From positions 34,733 through 98,732 of the IMG/VR virus record IMGVR_UViG_3300025018_000113: DNA of 64,000 nt. One strand, given 5' to 3'. Shown piece by piece: positions 38,736 through 49,393 of the stretch. The position numbers and the translations under genes are program-made. This stretch comes from a virus. The stretch's first letter is position 1. Each line of letters starts with the position of its first letter. The notes under the pieces are model-generated. The model worked only from the letters and a program-made list of their open reading frames with translations, searched no databases and was not told where the DNA came from.

Positions 38736-38933
38736 ATGATTGATGGACTAAAAATGACGGATAGAAAACAAGAACACAGAATAAAAAGCACCAATTGCTT
38801 TGATTGTGGTGTAAAATTATTGGTAACAGAAGCACGAACAAACCCTGACACTGATGGTGACAAAAGATTTTTTTGTCACGAACATTGGAAGTTAAGGTTT
38901 GGTAAAAAGAAGAAGTTAATTAAAAGGGTTTAA
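38736..38933 (+). CDS. small zinc-finger protein
   Basis: CxxC...CxxH. Confidence 0.5.
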   Translation: MIDGLKMTDRKQEHRIKSTNCFDCGVKLLVTEARTNPDTDGDKRFFCHEHWKLRFGKKKKLIKRV

Positions 38934-38936
38934 GTT

Positions 38937-39302
38937 ATGCCAAAAGGTTTGAAAATTCCAGTGGGTGTTGACCAAAGGGGAAGGGCCGCTGTTGAAAAAA
39001 ACGAGTCAAAGAACACAGCAAAAATTCTGACACTCGCTTTTTCAGAAGGTGGTGACGCAAACCCTTTTCAAAGTCTTGGACTTGATGACCGTTTGATTTA
39101 TGGAATCAAAACATCAGCGTTCAGGGGAAAAGCACTTCAAGCGGTAAACACAATTTTGGCAAAATATAAAGAACTGGTCAGAATAATTGAAGGTTCTGTT
39201 GAATTTGATGAAAGTAAGGCTGGTGAAGTTCAACTTTCATTCAAGTACATCGACCTTTTGACAGACAAAGAAGAAAACTTTTTGGCAACACTAAGAAGGT
39301 GA
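38937..39302 (+). CDS. baseplate wedge / sheath initiator (gp25/W-like)
   Basis: Size and position before baseplate J. Confidence 0.65.
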   Translation: MPKGLKIPVGVDQRGRAAVEKNESKNTAKILTLAFSEGGDANPFQSLGLDDRLIYGIKTSAFRGKALQAVNTILAKYKELVRIIEGSVEFDESKAGEVQLSFKYIDLLTDKEENFLATLRR

Positions 39303-39308
39303 TGAAAT

Positions 39309-41768
39309 ATGGCACAAGCAAAAACAATTGAAATTCCTGATTTTGATTTTTCAGGAGTGTATTACCCTGACATTTTACGTTCATTGATTCAATACCAAAG
39401 AACCAATGTTCCAGAAATTACCGATGAATCTGATGAAGAACCTTTTCAACAGCTTTTAAGGTCATTTGCCCTTGTTGGCCACTTGAACAACGTATTGCTG
39501 GACATTTCAGCAAATGAAAGTTTATTGCCAACAGCAAGACTTCTGGAAAGTGTTCGTGGTCATCTTGCACTAATTGATGTGAAGTTGAAACAAGCTTCAC
39601 CAGCACAAACAGACATGGTTTATGAGTTGTCAAAAGTTTTTGACACGGCCATTGAACTAATTCCTGAAAATTCACAAGTGGCAACAGTTGAAACAGAAGA
39701 ATCACCACAAATTATTTATGAAACAAATGAAAGTTTTGTTATTGAACCATCAAATGTTCCAACAGCAATCTTTCAGTTCACAGCTGGTTTAATTGAAATC
39801 ATTGACAACAACTTTGATGGAAATGAAATCATCACCCTATTTGGTGTTCAATTTAGACTTGGCATTGAATGGGCCGCTGGTGGAACAATACCGCTGTCAC
39901 TGACAGCACTTGCAAACGCAATCAACAATTCAGTTGATGCAAACATCAGGGGGCGTGTTTACGCTTTGACTGATGGTGTTTCAAAAATTTCTGTCATCCC
40001 AATGGTTCCAGAAGTTGAATCAATTACTATTGGCCTTACTGATGGTGCAACAGCAAACTTCATTGTGGCAAACGGTGCTTTTAGTTCAAACAAAACTGGT
40101 GTTGCTTCAACTGATGGTGTGTTTTGGAATCTTTTTCCATCAACACCCAAGAAAGGTGACACAATTTATGTAATGCACACAAACGTGATGTGGGATGCAC
40201 TAGGTTTTGTTTTTAATACTTTTGGAAGTGGAATCAAATACGCAATTGAATATTTTGACAACACGCTGGAAGATGCAAAACCAAACCTGGTGACCAATTT
40301 AGGTTCAAATCTCGAACTTGATTTGACTGACCTTCTTGGAACAGAAGACAGAAGTGGAACAGTCATCAGAGTTGTTCTTTCCAGCACAGGTGCGCAAGAA
40401 ACACTTGTCACACAATATGCGGCTGGTGTGAATAAAGCTTTCACAAGTGGACTTCTTGGCCAGTCAGTGGTTTCACTAGACGAACAAGATTACATTGTGG
40501 GCACACTATGGAATGAAGTCAGTGACACTGATGATGGAACAACTGAATTAAGTGAAGATGGACAGATTTCATTTACACTTCCACAAAATCAAAGTCAAAA
40601 CTGGACAACAACAACAATCAACGGTGTTCTTGGTTATGCAATCAGAATTCGAGTTGTTGAAGTCACAGCACCAGTCAACCCAAGTGTTGACCGTTTAAGA
40701 ATAGACACTGGAAAGCAATTTGTAATGGTTCCAGTTGTTCAAGGTCAAACTGTTGCTGATGAACCACTAGGTTCTTCAAATGGTGTTGAAAATCAACCTT
40801 TCCTTCTTACTTTCAAACCAATTATTGAAGGAACACTTCTTGTTGAAGTTGATGAAGGGGCTGGTTTCCAACCTTGGACGCAAAAAGAAAACTTTCTTGC
40901 ATCAAATAGTGCATCAAAACATTACACGCTGGACATTCAGGCCGATGATGATGCAACAGTTGAATTTGGTGACGGGAAACAGGGTAAAATTCCATCACCA
41001 GGCGTTGACAACATTCGTGCGCTTTACAGAATTGGTGCTGACATTGATGGAAATGTTGGTGCAAGAACAATCACTGTAAACAAATCAGGAATTTCATTCA
41101 TTAACAGAATATTCAACCCACGTCAAGCAATTGGTTGGGCCGCAAAAGAAGGTTCAACTGACACTGATTTGGCAAGATTGAAAGTTGAAGGGCCAGCCAC
41201 TTTAAGAACACGTGGCCGCGCAATCACAACAGCTGATTTTGAATTTCTTGCAACCCAGTTCACTGACAGCAACGGTTCAAAACTTGTGGCCAGGGCAAAA
41301 GCAATTGAAGAAACTTTTGGGGTGAAGACAGTTGAAGTTGTTGTGGTTGGATTTGCTGGAACACTGTTGACTGAACTTCAACGTGAAGCAATTACAGATT
41401 TCTTTAATGGGAACAAGGAAAAGGAAATTGAACCTTCAATTGTAACAAACCATGAAGCCACAATTGTAAACTACACGCCTAAAACAATTGATGTGGTGGC
41501 CACTGTTACAGGTGGAAATCAAGAAGAAATAAAAAATGCAATTACAGCACTTCTAAACCCAGAAGCAACATTTTCTGATGGTGTGACAAAGCGTTGGCAA
41601 TTTGGCCAAGAAGTTCCACTTTCAGTGATTGTTTCAACAGTGTTTGAAGTTGACCCTGTAAATATCAAGAAGGTTGTTCTGACATCAGCACAAGCAATTG
41701 GTGAAGCTATCCCACTAAACACACGTGAACTTCCATTTGCTGGAAGTGTGGCGGTTACAGTTATTTAA
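39309..41768 (+). CDS. baseplate J-like wedge protein
   Basis: ES.L.TA...SV, FGDG..G.IP, RAIT..DF motifs. Confidence 0.88.
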   Translation: MAQAKTIEIPDFDFSGVYYPDILRSLIQYQRTNVPEITDESDEEPFQQLLRSFALVGHLNNVLLDISANESLLPTARLLESVRGHLALIDVKLKQASPAQTDMVYELSKVFDTAIELIPENSQVATVETEESPQIIYETNESFVIEPSNVPTAIFQFTAGLIEIIDNNFDGNEIITLFGVQFRLGIEWAAGGTIPLSLTALANAINNSVDANIRGRVYALTDGVSKISVIPMVPEVESITIGLTDGATANFIVANGAFSSNKTGVASTDGVFWNLFPSTPKKGDTIYVMHTNVMWDALGFVFNTFGSGIKYAIEYFDNTLEDAKPNLVTNLGSNLELDLTDLLGTEDRSGTVIRVVLSSTGAQETLVTQYAAGVNKAFTSGLLGQSVVSLDEQDYIVGTLWNEVSDTDDGTTELSEDGQISFTLPQNQSQNWTTTTINGVLGYAIRIRVVEVTAPVNPSVDRLRIDTGKQFVMVPVVQGQTVADEPLGSSNGVENQPFLLTFKPIIEGTLLVEVDEGAGFQPWTQKENFLASNSASKHYTLDIQADDDATVEFGDGKQGKIPSPGVDNIRALYRIGADIDGNVGARTITVNKSGISFINRIFNPRQAIGWAAKEGSTDTDLARLKVEGPATLRTRGRAITTADFEFLATQFTDSNGSKLVARAKAIEETFGVKTVEVVVVGFAGTLLTELQREAITDFFNGNKEKEIEPSIVTNHEATIVNYTPKTIDVVATVTGGNQEEIKNAITALLNPEATFSDGVTKRWQFGQEVPLSVIVSTVFEVDPVNIKKVVLTSAQAIGEAIPLNTRELPFAGSVAVTVI

Positions 41769-41781
41769 TAAAAGGAAACCC

Positions 41782-42402
41782 ATGAAAAGGTTATTAAGGA
41801 AATTTATGAATTTATTTAGAAGAACACCAGTTGAACACGAACCAAAAGGTGAAAACCTTCCAGTTCCTTCACCAAGTGAAGCATCTTTTGGCAATTTGAA
41901 AATTGAAATTCATGGCACAGTCAATTTCACTGAAAAAGAAAAAATCAAATTTGCAAAAGCTATGGAATTGGGCCACCAAGTTATAAACAGCGTGGAATTC
42001 AAAGAAAAGATTATAAATTGCCAGTTCAGTGAAGCACGTGGGCTTTCAAATCAACAGATTTGGGAACTTATTTGCACAGGAAAAGACCTTTATAATGAAG
42101 AAGATGACCATGACATTGACGTTTTCATCACAATGTATGAAAATTTTTGGACAGGAACAGTTGGTTACACTTATCCAAACACTTTCAAGACTTGGGTGAA
42201 CAGAAAATTCTTTTCACGCTTTGATGAATCTGAAATTTTGGGAAATGTAATTCATGAGGCCATGCACAACTTTGGTTTTGACCACTTGGTGAAAGCTAAA
42301 AAGTTGGAATCGGTGCCTTACCAAATTGGTTACATTGCCCGTGATTTAGGGAATGAAATCATGAAAGGGAAGACACTGACACCGTTGAAGGTTGGGGTGT
42401 AA
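41782..42402 (+). CDS. zincin metallopeptidase-like protein
   Basis: GYTYP, HEAMHNFGFDH (HExxHxxGxxH), SVPY. Confidence 0.7.
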   Translation: MKRLLRKFMNLFRRTPVEHEPKGENLPVPSPSEASFGNLKIEIHGTVNFTEKEKIKFAKAMELGHQVINSVEFKEKIINCQFSEARGLSNQQIWELICTGKDLYNEEDDHDIDVFITMYENFWTGTVGYTYPNTFKTWVNRKFFSRFDESEILGNVIHEAMHNFGFDHLVKAKKLESVPYQIGYIARDLGNEIMKGKTLTPLKVGV

Positions 42403-42404
42403 GG

Positions 42405-42545
42405 ATGCAAAAAAAATTTGGACAATTATGCTGTGCTGAGTGTGAAAAGGTGATTGGTCACTTTCCACTTGAATCAGTGCCAACAGAAGCGTTGGAAATT
42501 TATTGTGAAGATTGCAAAAAAGAAATGGAAGAAGAAGGGGAATAA
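42405..42545 (+). CDS. 46-aa zinc-ribbon protein (not in the ORF track)
   Basis: MQKKFGQLCCAECEKVIG...YCEDC. Confidence 0.55.
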   Translation: MQKKFGQLCCAECEKVIGHFPLESVPTEALEIYCEDCKKEMEEEGE

Positions 42546-42548
42546 GAC

Positions 42549-44408
42549 GTGGCGAAAATCAACCCAGCTTTCCAGCATGATATTTACAAATTCCTTCACA
42601 GGCCGTTGAGGGACATCGACCGTAAAGAAGGAAGGCTTTTTCTTGAAAGATTTCTTCAAGGTGCGCAAGCTGAATTTGAAGAAATGCAAGATAGAATCAC
42701 ACAGCTGGAAACATTACGTGACCCAGCAAGAATTCGTGCTGACCTTCTTAAATATTTGAAGGCCATTGTTGGCTTCACTGATGATTTGAACAACATCACA
42801 AATGACCTTTCAGAAAACGATTTAAGAAAACTTATTTCACTTGCTGTTGCATTGTGGAAACAAAAAGGAACTGAACCAGGCTATGCAAACATAGTAAGAT
42901 TATTTGTTGGTAAGTCAGCAAGAATCTTCAACTGGTTTGATTTTCGTTTTATTGTTGGTGAAAAAGCATTTGGTGAAGAACAGTTGGGTGAAGATTCGTG
43001 GTTTATTTCAAAGGTTGGTGTTGAAGCAAGTGAAGACGTTTCAAATAATGTTGTTGCGCTTTTCACATTTGAAGGAACCGCACAAGACCGTTCACTGAAA
43101 CCCAATAATGCTTTTGTTCATACACCCTATGAATACTACACAGCACCAGCAAGCGGTTTCCCAGCTGGTTCAACAAAATACTTGGCCCTTCAAGGTGGTG
43201 TTGTTGAAGTTCCTTTTTCAATAAAATATGACCTTTCAGGTTCATTTACTGTTGAAGGTTTTTTTCGTTCTAAAATTACAGAAGGAAACAAAACACTTTT
43301 TCACAAGAAAGATGGTTCTGGAAAAGGTGTGAAGATTGAAATAGACAAATCAACAAACACAGTCAGCTTTGAATTATTCGATGGTGTGAACACAGTAAGT
43401 GGTTCACTTGTTCCATCGGTTGACCTTGATAGTAATTTCCCAATTCATATTGCCCTTGTTGTTGACCGTGATGAAGACGGTGCAAGACTTTATGTTGGTG
43501 GAATTGACGCAACAGCAAAAATTGCACTTGGTGCCCTTGGTGATTTGACAAACAGTGCCAAAATGTTCATCGGTGGTGAAGGCGTTGGAATCAACACCGT
43601 AAAAGCCGATTTGGACAATTTTAGACTGGCCCTTAATTCTGTCTATGACGTGAACCTTGGAACGCTTACAGTGCCACTTTCAGGCTTTATTGAGTACCAA
43701 GAAGAACAGCTTGATGAATTTAAGACTGATGTGCGCATCGTTGATGATGGGAGTGGCCTAAATAAAACTTTAATTTTAAGAATTTTGAATTTGATGCGGC
43801 CCATTTCTGAAAGAATTAGGGTGATTTTCATTAAGTTTTTTGAAGACTTCCTTGACGGGATTGGTCAATTTGACATTCTTCAAGGAAGTGCGAGTGTAAA
43901 TACAGCATTTCAAATGCAATTACAACCAAACACAGTTGTGGCAACAGCTGTTTTGAATGACACTGAATTTCAAGACATCGTGCTTCAAGTAAAGGCCAAT
44001 GACTTTGGTGATGGTTCCTACATGGGGGGAATTTTTTCAATACTATTCTTCTTCACTGACTTAAATAATTACTATGAATTTAGAATAAACACTGAAACTA
44101 GACAGACAGCGTTGTTCAAAAAAGTGGCTGGTGTTGAAACACAAATAAGTGCGTGGAAGACAGAAGACATTGTTCCAAAAGCTTCCTACATTTTCACTGT
44201 TATTACTGACAAAAGTTTAGCTGATTCCAGCACTAAAATAAAGGCCTTTGTTGATTCTAATAAGCAACATGAAATTGTTGATTCAAGTTTTGAGAAAGGG
44301 AAGTTTGGGATGAAATCATTTTCGTCAACTATCATGCAAATTGATGAACTTGAAATGATGGAAATTCCAACAGACATTCAGAATATTGACCCAGGCTTTG
44401 ATTTATAA
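42549..44408 (+). CDS. baseplate/tail protein I-like with a LamG/ConA domain
   Basis: DP....DLL.YL...VG, KGT; FTVE..., HIALV, RLYV.G, FIGG, DNFR. Confidence 0.8.
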   Translation: MAKINPAFQHDIYKFLHRPLRDIDRKEGRLFLERFLQGAQAEFEEMQDRITQLETLRDPARIRADLLKYLKAIVGFTDDLNNITNDLSENDLRKLISLAVALWKQKGTEPGYANIVRLFVGKSARIFNWFDFRFIVGEKAFGEEQLGEDSWFISKVGVEASEDVSNNVVALFTFEGTAQDRSLKPNNAFVHTPYEYYTAPASGFPAGSTKYLALQGGVVEVPFSIKYDLSGSFTVEGFFRSKITEGNKTLFHKKDGSGKGVKIEIDKSTNTVSFELFDGVNTVSGSLVPSVDLDSNFPIHIALVVDRDEDGARLYVGGIDATAKIALGALGDLTNSAKMFIGGEGVGINTVKADLDNFRLALNSVYDVNLGTLTVPLSGFIEYQEEQLDEFKTDVRIVDDGSGLNKTLILRILNLMRPISERIRVIFIKFFEDFLDGIGQFDILQGSASVNTAFQMQLQPNTVVATAVLNDTEFQDIVLQVKANDFGDGSYMGGIFSILFFFTDLNNYYEFRINTETRQTALFKKVAGVETQISAWKTEDIVPKASYIFTVITDKSLADSSTKIKAFVDSNKQHEIVDSSFEKGKFGMKSFSSTIMQIDELEMMEIPTDIQNIDPGFDL

Positions 44409-44422
44409 ATAAGGGTTTTTAA

Positions 44423-44451
44423 TTGTGAATTGTGTTATACATTGTTATACT
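44423..44451 (+). promoter_or_regulatory. promoter with tandem operator B
   Basis: TTGTGA-17 nt-TATACT with extended TG; TGTTATACATTGTTATAC at 44433-44450. Confidence 0.7.
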
Positions 44452-44480
44452 AAAAAAGTAAAAAATAAGGAAGCTTGAAT

Positions 44481-45173
44481 ATGTCAACAAAGGTTTATGG
44501 TTTATTTACACTTGATGACCCTACAATAATTAGGTATGTGGGCCAGACAAAGCTTTCAATTTCCAGAAGATTGATTCTACATAAAAATCAATCAAAAAAT
44601 GCAACAAATCACACACCTGTTGGGCAATGGATTCAAAAGCACCGTGGTCAAATTGGAATACGAGTTTTGAAAGAAAATGCTGAAAGAAATACTGATGAAA
44701 TTAAAATGATTTCTAAATTTAGAAAATTAGGAATTAAACTTTTGAATGTTACTGATGGCGGTGATGGAAATGCGTTTATTGAGCTTTCCAAAGAACACAA
44801 ACAGAAAATAAGTGAAGCACTTAAAGGCAAACCAAAATCAAAAGAACACATTGAAAATTTTAGGAAGGCAAGAACTGGTAAAGGTCTTTGGACTGATGAA
44901 AGAAAAAAATCGCACAGTCAAAAAACAAAAGGAAAAAAAACTAAACAGTGGAAAAGAAGAATGTCTGTTGAAGAATGTAATCAACTTGCGATGAATAGGG
45001 GTTCAAAACCGTTTACTTGTATTGATATAAGAACCAGTAAAGAAATTGGTAAGTGGTGTAACATTGCACAGTGTGCCCGTGACTTGAAACTACATGAAAC
45101 AAGTATAAGAAATATACTTAAAAATAAACAACAAACTACAAAAAATTACACATTTAATTATTTAGGAAAATAA
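44481..45173 (+). CDS. GIY-YIG homing endonuclease with NUMOD3
   Basis: VYGL...RYVGQT, LLNVTDGGDG, SKEHKQKISEALKGK. Confidence 0.85.
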   Translation: MSTKVYGLFTLDDPTIIRYVGQTKLSISRRLILHKNQSKNATNHTPVGQWIQKHRGQIGIRVLKENAERNTDEIKMISKFRKLGIKLLNVTDGGDGNAFIELSKEHKQKISEALKGKPKSKEHIENFRKARTGKGLWTDERKKSHSQKTKGKKTKQWKRRMSVEECNQLAMNRGSKPFTCIDIRTSKEIGKWCNIAQCARDLKLHETSIRNILKNKQQTTKNYTFNYLGK

Positions 45174-45175
45174 AT

Positions 45176-48100
45176 ATGAGTACGGGGAACAAAAAGGTTC
45201 AAATTTATCTTAAAAAGTTTTTACCGCAACAACAGATTACGGAAAACTTTCTTGATTACTTACACACGCTTATTCTGGAAAGCTTTGCACAGGTTTGGCA
45301 AGCACAGGGAATTTTTGAACCTGACCCAGTTGTGACGCAAATTCTGACTTCAAATGCACCAGACACTTTTGATGTTACACTTCCATTGATTGGAACTGAT
45401 GGTGAAGGTGGACACATCCTGAATTTGGATGCCAATGAAGCTGACAACATCCCATTTGAAAATGAAAATGGCATTGATTACTATGTTGGTTTAAGGTTTG
45501 CAGAAATTCCTTCTGACACAGAAGTGAATGTCAGAACTGGTGAAATTAAATACACATTTACACAAGAAAGAATTGGTGAACTTGCAGAACCAAACACAGT
45601 TGTTGATGATGGTGATGAAACACTCACAATGATTGTTGATTCAATTTTTGAAGCTGGTGTTTCAAATGCTGGAAGAAAAGTTCTTGTTTATTTGAAAAAC
45701 CCAGTTTCACAAGCTGACACGTTTGAAGAACTAACAGTGATTTGGGATGGTTCAAACAATAAAATTGAAACAAATTCAGCACTAGGGCAAACACTAGGTT
45801 CAATTTCAACTGACCCAACTGACTATCAAGTTTTTGCAATTGGGCTAACAGTCAGAAGAAACACTGATTTAAGACTTGACCCTGATATTTGTTTTATTGG
45901 AATTGTCACTGGAAAAGGTTCTGGTAATACACCAGACACATTCAACCAAGACGATGTAAGAAACCTTTCATTTGGTTTTGCTGGTCTTATTGACCTGTTT
46001 GAAGTTGAACACTATTTAGAAGATGGAACACACAAAGACATTACAGCTGACACTATCACCACAAAGCAAACTGTTTCAGGAATTCAATTTGACACCCAAG
46101 TGAACGCTTCTGATGAAGATTCACCTGATGCACCAGTTGTTCACACACTATTTCCATCAGGCGGTGGAAGCGGTCTTCAAAGTGCAAAATGGGTGATGCG
46201 TGATTCTGGTGGAAATGTCATTGCTTTTGTTGATGCCCACGGAAACGCATACTTTCAGAACTTGGCCGCTGTTGATTCTGTTTTTCAATCGAACTTGATT
46301 GTTGAAGGGAACACAACACTTGGTGATGACATTGGTTCTGACTTAATTACATTCAATGCAATTCAACAGTCATTGACTGATTTGATTTATATTATTGATT
46401 CAAACGCTGATGGTGCAAATTCATATAAGTTCTACAATCAAAGCGTGAGTGTCGCAAACTTGTTGATGGAAATTCTTTCAACTGGTGACGTGACAGTGAA
46501 GCGTGATTTGACAGCTGGACGTGATTTAATTGCAACAGAAAAAGTGAAAGCTGGTCAAGACGTTCTGACTGGAACTGGAACAGCTTATCAGAAGAACAGC
46601 GACCTGACAGAAATTCCAACAAACGCAAGCTTGAATGAAGTTTATGATGAAACGCTGAACAGAAAACTGTTAAGAGTGACACCAGAAAACCCAGCAAGTA
46701 AGGTTGTGTTGATTTCACCATCTTATGTGACACTTGCTGATGGTTCAACTTATCGCTTACCTAATGGCCCACTTCTTTCAAATTACGCTGGTGGAAACAT
46801 CAACTTTGAAACTGGTGTTGTGACTGGTGGTGGTGATAACTTCACACCTGTTGACTTTACTGGCCAAGCTGACAAGTGGTTCAAATACTCTTTGAACTTA
46901 CTACAAAATAATGAAATTTTAGTTCTTTCTAATGATGTTAATGACCCAGCAAATTTTGGGGCAACAAAAGATTTGACACCAAACCCACCAATTTCAGAAG
47001 ACGCAATTGCATTTGCTGTGATTGCTGTTCAAAATGATTCTGGTGTAAGTGTCACAGCACTTCAAAACATCGTTGAAAGTAACATCATAAGAATTCCAGT
47101 GGGTGGTTCTGGTGGTGGAAGCGGTGATGCTTCAACAATTCTTTCAAGAATGGAAGATTTACTTGATGAATCTTTTTACCGATTCCTTGAACCAAATGTT
47201 TTCAGCATTGACCAAGATGAAAAAGTTGATTCAACTGATGCTTCTTTTAGCGTTGTTGATAAGACTTACAACTTCACAGTTGGCCAATTCCTTCAATCGG
47301 TTGAACTTCTTGACCCTGAATTTTTGACAGAAGAAAATGATATTCTTCAAGCAATGGTTGTTCTTGTTTTTGAAATTGGAAGTGAAGACCCAGCACCAGT
47401 TGTTGAATTGACAAATAATGGTGTTGATTTTCAAACAGTGACAATGGAAAGACTTTCTTCCAGCAATGACACATTTGTTGGAAACTTAATTTTTGACCTT
47501 GCCACATTAGTAATTCAAACACTTCATCAAGTGGCTGGTGAAGATTCACAAACTGTTCTTGCTGATGTTGGAACAATTGATGATTCACAAGATTTCACAA
47601 CTTCACAAGTTGAAGTGGCCGAAAAAATAACAGTTTCAATCACAAAAACTGGTGCCCCTGTTGGTTACCTAAAAATAAATTTCCATGAAGATGATGCTGG
47701 CAACCCAGGCGTTGTAAAACACCAATCTTTGGTGAATATTGAAACGCTTGTTGCTGGTCAACAAGACGTGACTGTTGAAATTGGAAGACACGTTCTTCTG
47801 AACGCTACAAAATACCACATCAAAGTGGAAACTGACCAGGCCTACAAAGACAGCTTCAACACTGGTGTTGATGAAATTGCTGTTGGCCAGAATTCAGGCG
47901 TTCCATCAATGGTTTATAAAGTTGAAGGCCGTGCAATAAGCCTTGTGATGAAATACACAGCAAGTGCAACGGCCAAATTGAAAGGCTATGGTGTTTACTA
48001 CGGTGATGAAGCTGAAAGTGTTCAACGTCTTGCAAGACGTGCGGCCTTTGTCTTCCACGGAACAAACGACAATTTGAATGAATTTCAATTGCCTTGGAAC

Positions 48101-48436
48101 GCTGACCCTGACTTTGTTGAACTTCAAGACCGTGTGACTGGTCAAGTTTGGGGTGTTCCTTCTTTTGAATTACAAAACAATAAAGTTGTGTTTCCAGTTG
48201 ACTTCTTTGACGGCCGTGAAATTGTTTACTTAATTGCAAAACAAGTTGAAGCTGGAAGTTATGATGGAAACCCAGAATTGAAAAAGTTGATCACTGAAAA
48301 CCATCTTGGTTCAGCTGACCCAGCACTTGATAAGTCTTCACCTGGCCGTGGGCCAAAAGTGCGAACAGAAACAACAGCACTTCTGGTTGAACTTACAATT
48401 GACGAAAACTACAATTTAGTAATTAAGGAAGCGTAA
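45176..48436 (+). CDS. large tail fibre / baseplate-attached scaffold protein
   Basis: 1086 aa, acidic and beta-rich; first gene of the fibre cluster. Confidence 0.65.
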   Translation: MSTGNKKVQIYLKKFLPQQQITENFLDYLHTLILESFAQVWQAQGIFEPDPVVTQILTSNAPDTFDVTLPLIGTDGEGGHILNLDANEADNIPFENENGIDYYVGLRFAEIPSDTEVNVRTGEIKYTFTQERIGELAEPNTVVDDGDETLTMIVDSIFEAGVSNAGRKVLVYLKNPVSQADTFEELTVIWDGSNNKIETNSALGQTLGSISTDPTDYQVFAIGLTVRRNTDLRLDPDICFIGIVTGKGSGNTPDTFNQDDVRNLSFGFAGLIDLFEVEHYLEDGTHKDITADTITTKQTVSGIQFDTQVNASDEDSPDAPVVHTLFPSGGGSGLQSAKWVMRDSGGNVIAFVDAHGNAYFQNLAAVDSVFQSNLIVEGNTTLGDDIGSDLITFNAIQQSLTDLIYIIDSNADGANSYKFYNQSVSVANLLMEILSTGDVTVKRDLTAGRDLIATEKVKAGQDVLTGTGTAYQKNSDLTEIPTNASLNEVYDETLNRKLLRVTPENPASKVVLISPSYVTLADGSTYRLPNGPLLSNYAGGNINFETGVVTGGGDNFTPVDFTGQADKWFKYSLNLLQNNEILVLSNDVNDPANFGATKDLTPNPPISEDAIAFAVIAVQNDSGVSVTALQNIVESNIIRIPVGGSGGGSGDASTILSRMEDLLDESFYRFLEPNVFSIDQDEKVDSTDASFSVVDKTYNFTVGQFLQSVELLDPEFLTEENDILQAMVVLVFEIGSEDPAPVVELTNNGVDFQTVTMERLSSSNDTFVGNLIFDLATLVIQTLHQVAGEDSQTVLADVGTIDDSQDFTTSQVEVAEKITVSITKTGAPVGYLKINFHEDDAGNPGVVKHQSLVNIETLVAGQQDVTVEIGRHVLLNATKYHIKVETDQAYKDSFNTGVDEIAVGQNSGVPSMVYKVEGRAISLVMKYTASATAKLKGYGVYYGDEAESVQRLARRAAFVFHGTNDNLNEFQLPWNADPDFVELQDRVTGQVWGVPSFELQNNKVVFPVDFFDGREIVYLIAKQVEAGSYDGNPELKKLITENHLGSADPALDKSSPGRGPKVRTETTALLVELTIDENYNLVIKEA

Positions 48437-48437
48437 T

Positions 48438-49379
48438 ATGCAAGGTGACATTTTAAGCATTATTGAAAATAAACCGCAAAACTATCTTATGAATGGTGAC
48501 TTTGCTATCAGTCAGCGTTTTGGTGCAAACAATATTACACCAGCCGCAAAATACGGTGTTGACCGTTGGTTTTTTGCAAACGGTGCTGATTGTGAACGTG
48601 TTGCTGAAACTGGTCAGCCTTTTGCTTATTCATTGCGAACAACAGCAACAGCAAGTGGGAACACGCACCTTCAAAGAATTGAATCAAAATTCATTCGTCA
48701 CTTGAAAAATAAGACAGTGACATTTTCAATCAAATTGCGTTTGGAAAGTGGTTCACTTGGTGATGTTCCAATGCTTAGAATTGGTTATGCAAATGCTGTT
48801 GATAACTTTTCAGCAACAACACTTGTGAGTGATAACACGCTTGAAAGTGATGCACCAATTGATGGAACATTCAGAACTTTCAAGAAAAGTTTTGTTGTTA
48901 CAGAACAAATGGCCGAAAACGGTTTTTATGTTCAAGTTGGTGACTTTTCAAGTGGAACAAACGTCATTCGATATGCACACGCCATGTTGAATGAAGGTTC
49001 TTATGCGGCCAACTTTCAACTTGCTGGAAAACACTTTTTGAAGGAACTTGAACTTTGCCAGCGTTATTTTGACAAATCTTATAATGTTGAAACATCACTT
49101 GGAACAATTACAGATAACGGTGCTATTCATGACAACACATACAACAACACATCAGTGGGGCTGTATGTTCAATTCTACTTTAAGAAAAGAATGAGAACTA
49201 ATCCAATAATTACACCATATAGTCCAGTTTCAGGAAACGTAAATGTGATTTTCAAAGCTGGAACTGGTGACATTGCGCCAGCTACTTATCCAATTGGTGA
49301 AACATCAGCTAGAATTTCAGTAAACAATACAGGAAATAAAGGTGTAAGGGCGCATTGGGCCGCTGATGCTGAACTTTAA
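48438..49379 (+). CDS. receptor-binding/fibre protein, family A copy 1
   Basis: NYLMNGDF..QR, DRW, ELCQRYF, ADAEL. Confidence 0.7.
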   Translation: MQGDILSIIENKPQNYLMNGDFAISQRFGANNITPAAKYGVDRWFFANGADCERVAETGQPFAYSLRTTATASGNTHLQRIESKFIRHLKNKTVTFSIKLRLESGSLGDVPMLRIGYANAVDNFSATTLVSDNTLESDAPIDGTFRTFKKSFVVTEQMAENGFYVQVGDFSSGTNVIRYAHAMLNEGSYAANFQLAGKHFLKELELCQRYFDKSYNVETSLGTITDNGAIHDNTYNNTSVGLYVQFYFKKRMRTNPIITPYSPVSGNVNVIFKAGTGDIAPATYPIGETSARISVNNTGNKGVRAHWAADAEL

Positions 49380-49388
49380 GGAAGGAAT
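49356..49388 (+). repeat. 33-bp direct repeat, identical copy at 52579-52611
   Basis: TGGGCCGCTGATGCTGAACTTTAAGGAAGGAAT spans the gene end and the next RBS. Confidence 0.9.
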
Positions 49389-49393
49389 GAAAT

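Noticed and set aside
27735-44408. Tailocin or extracellular contractile injection system
   Set aside because: Terminase, portal and capsid genes are present, so this is a complete phage morphogenesis module
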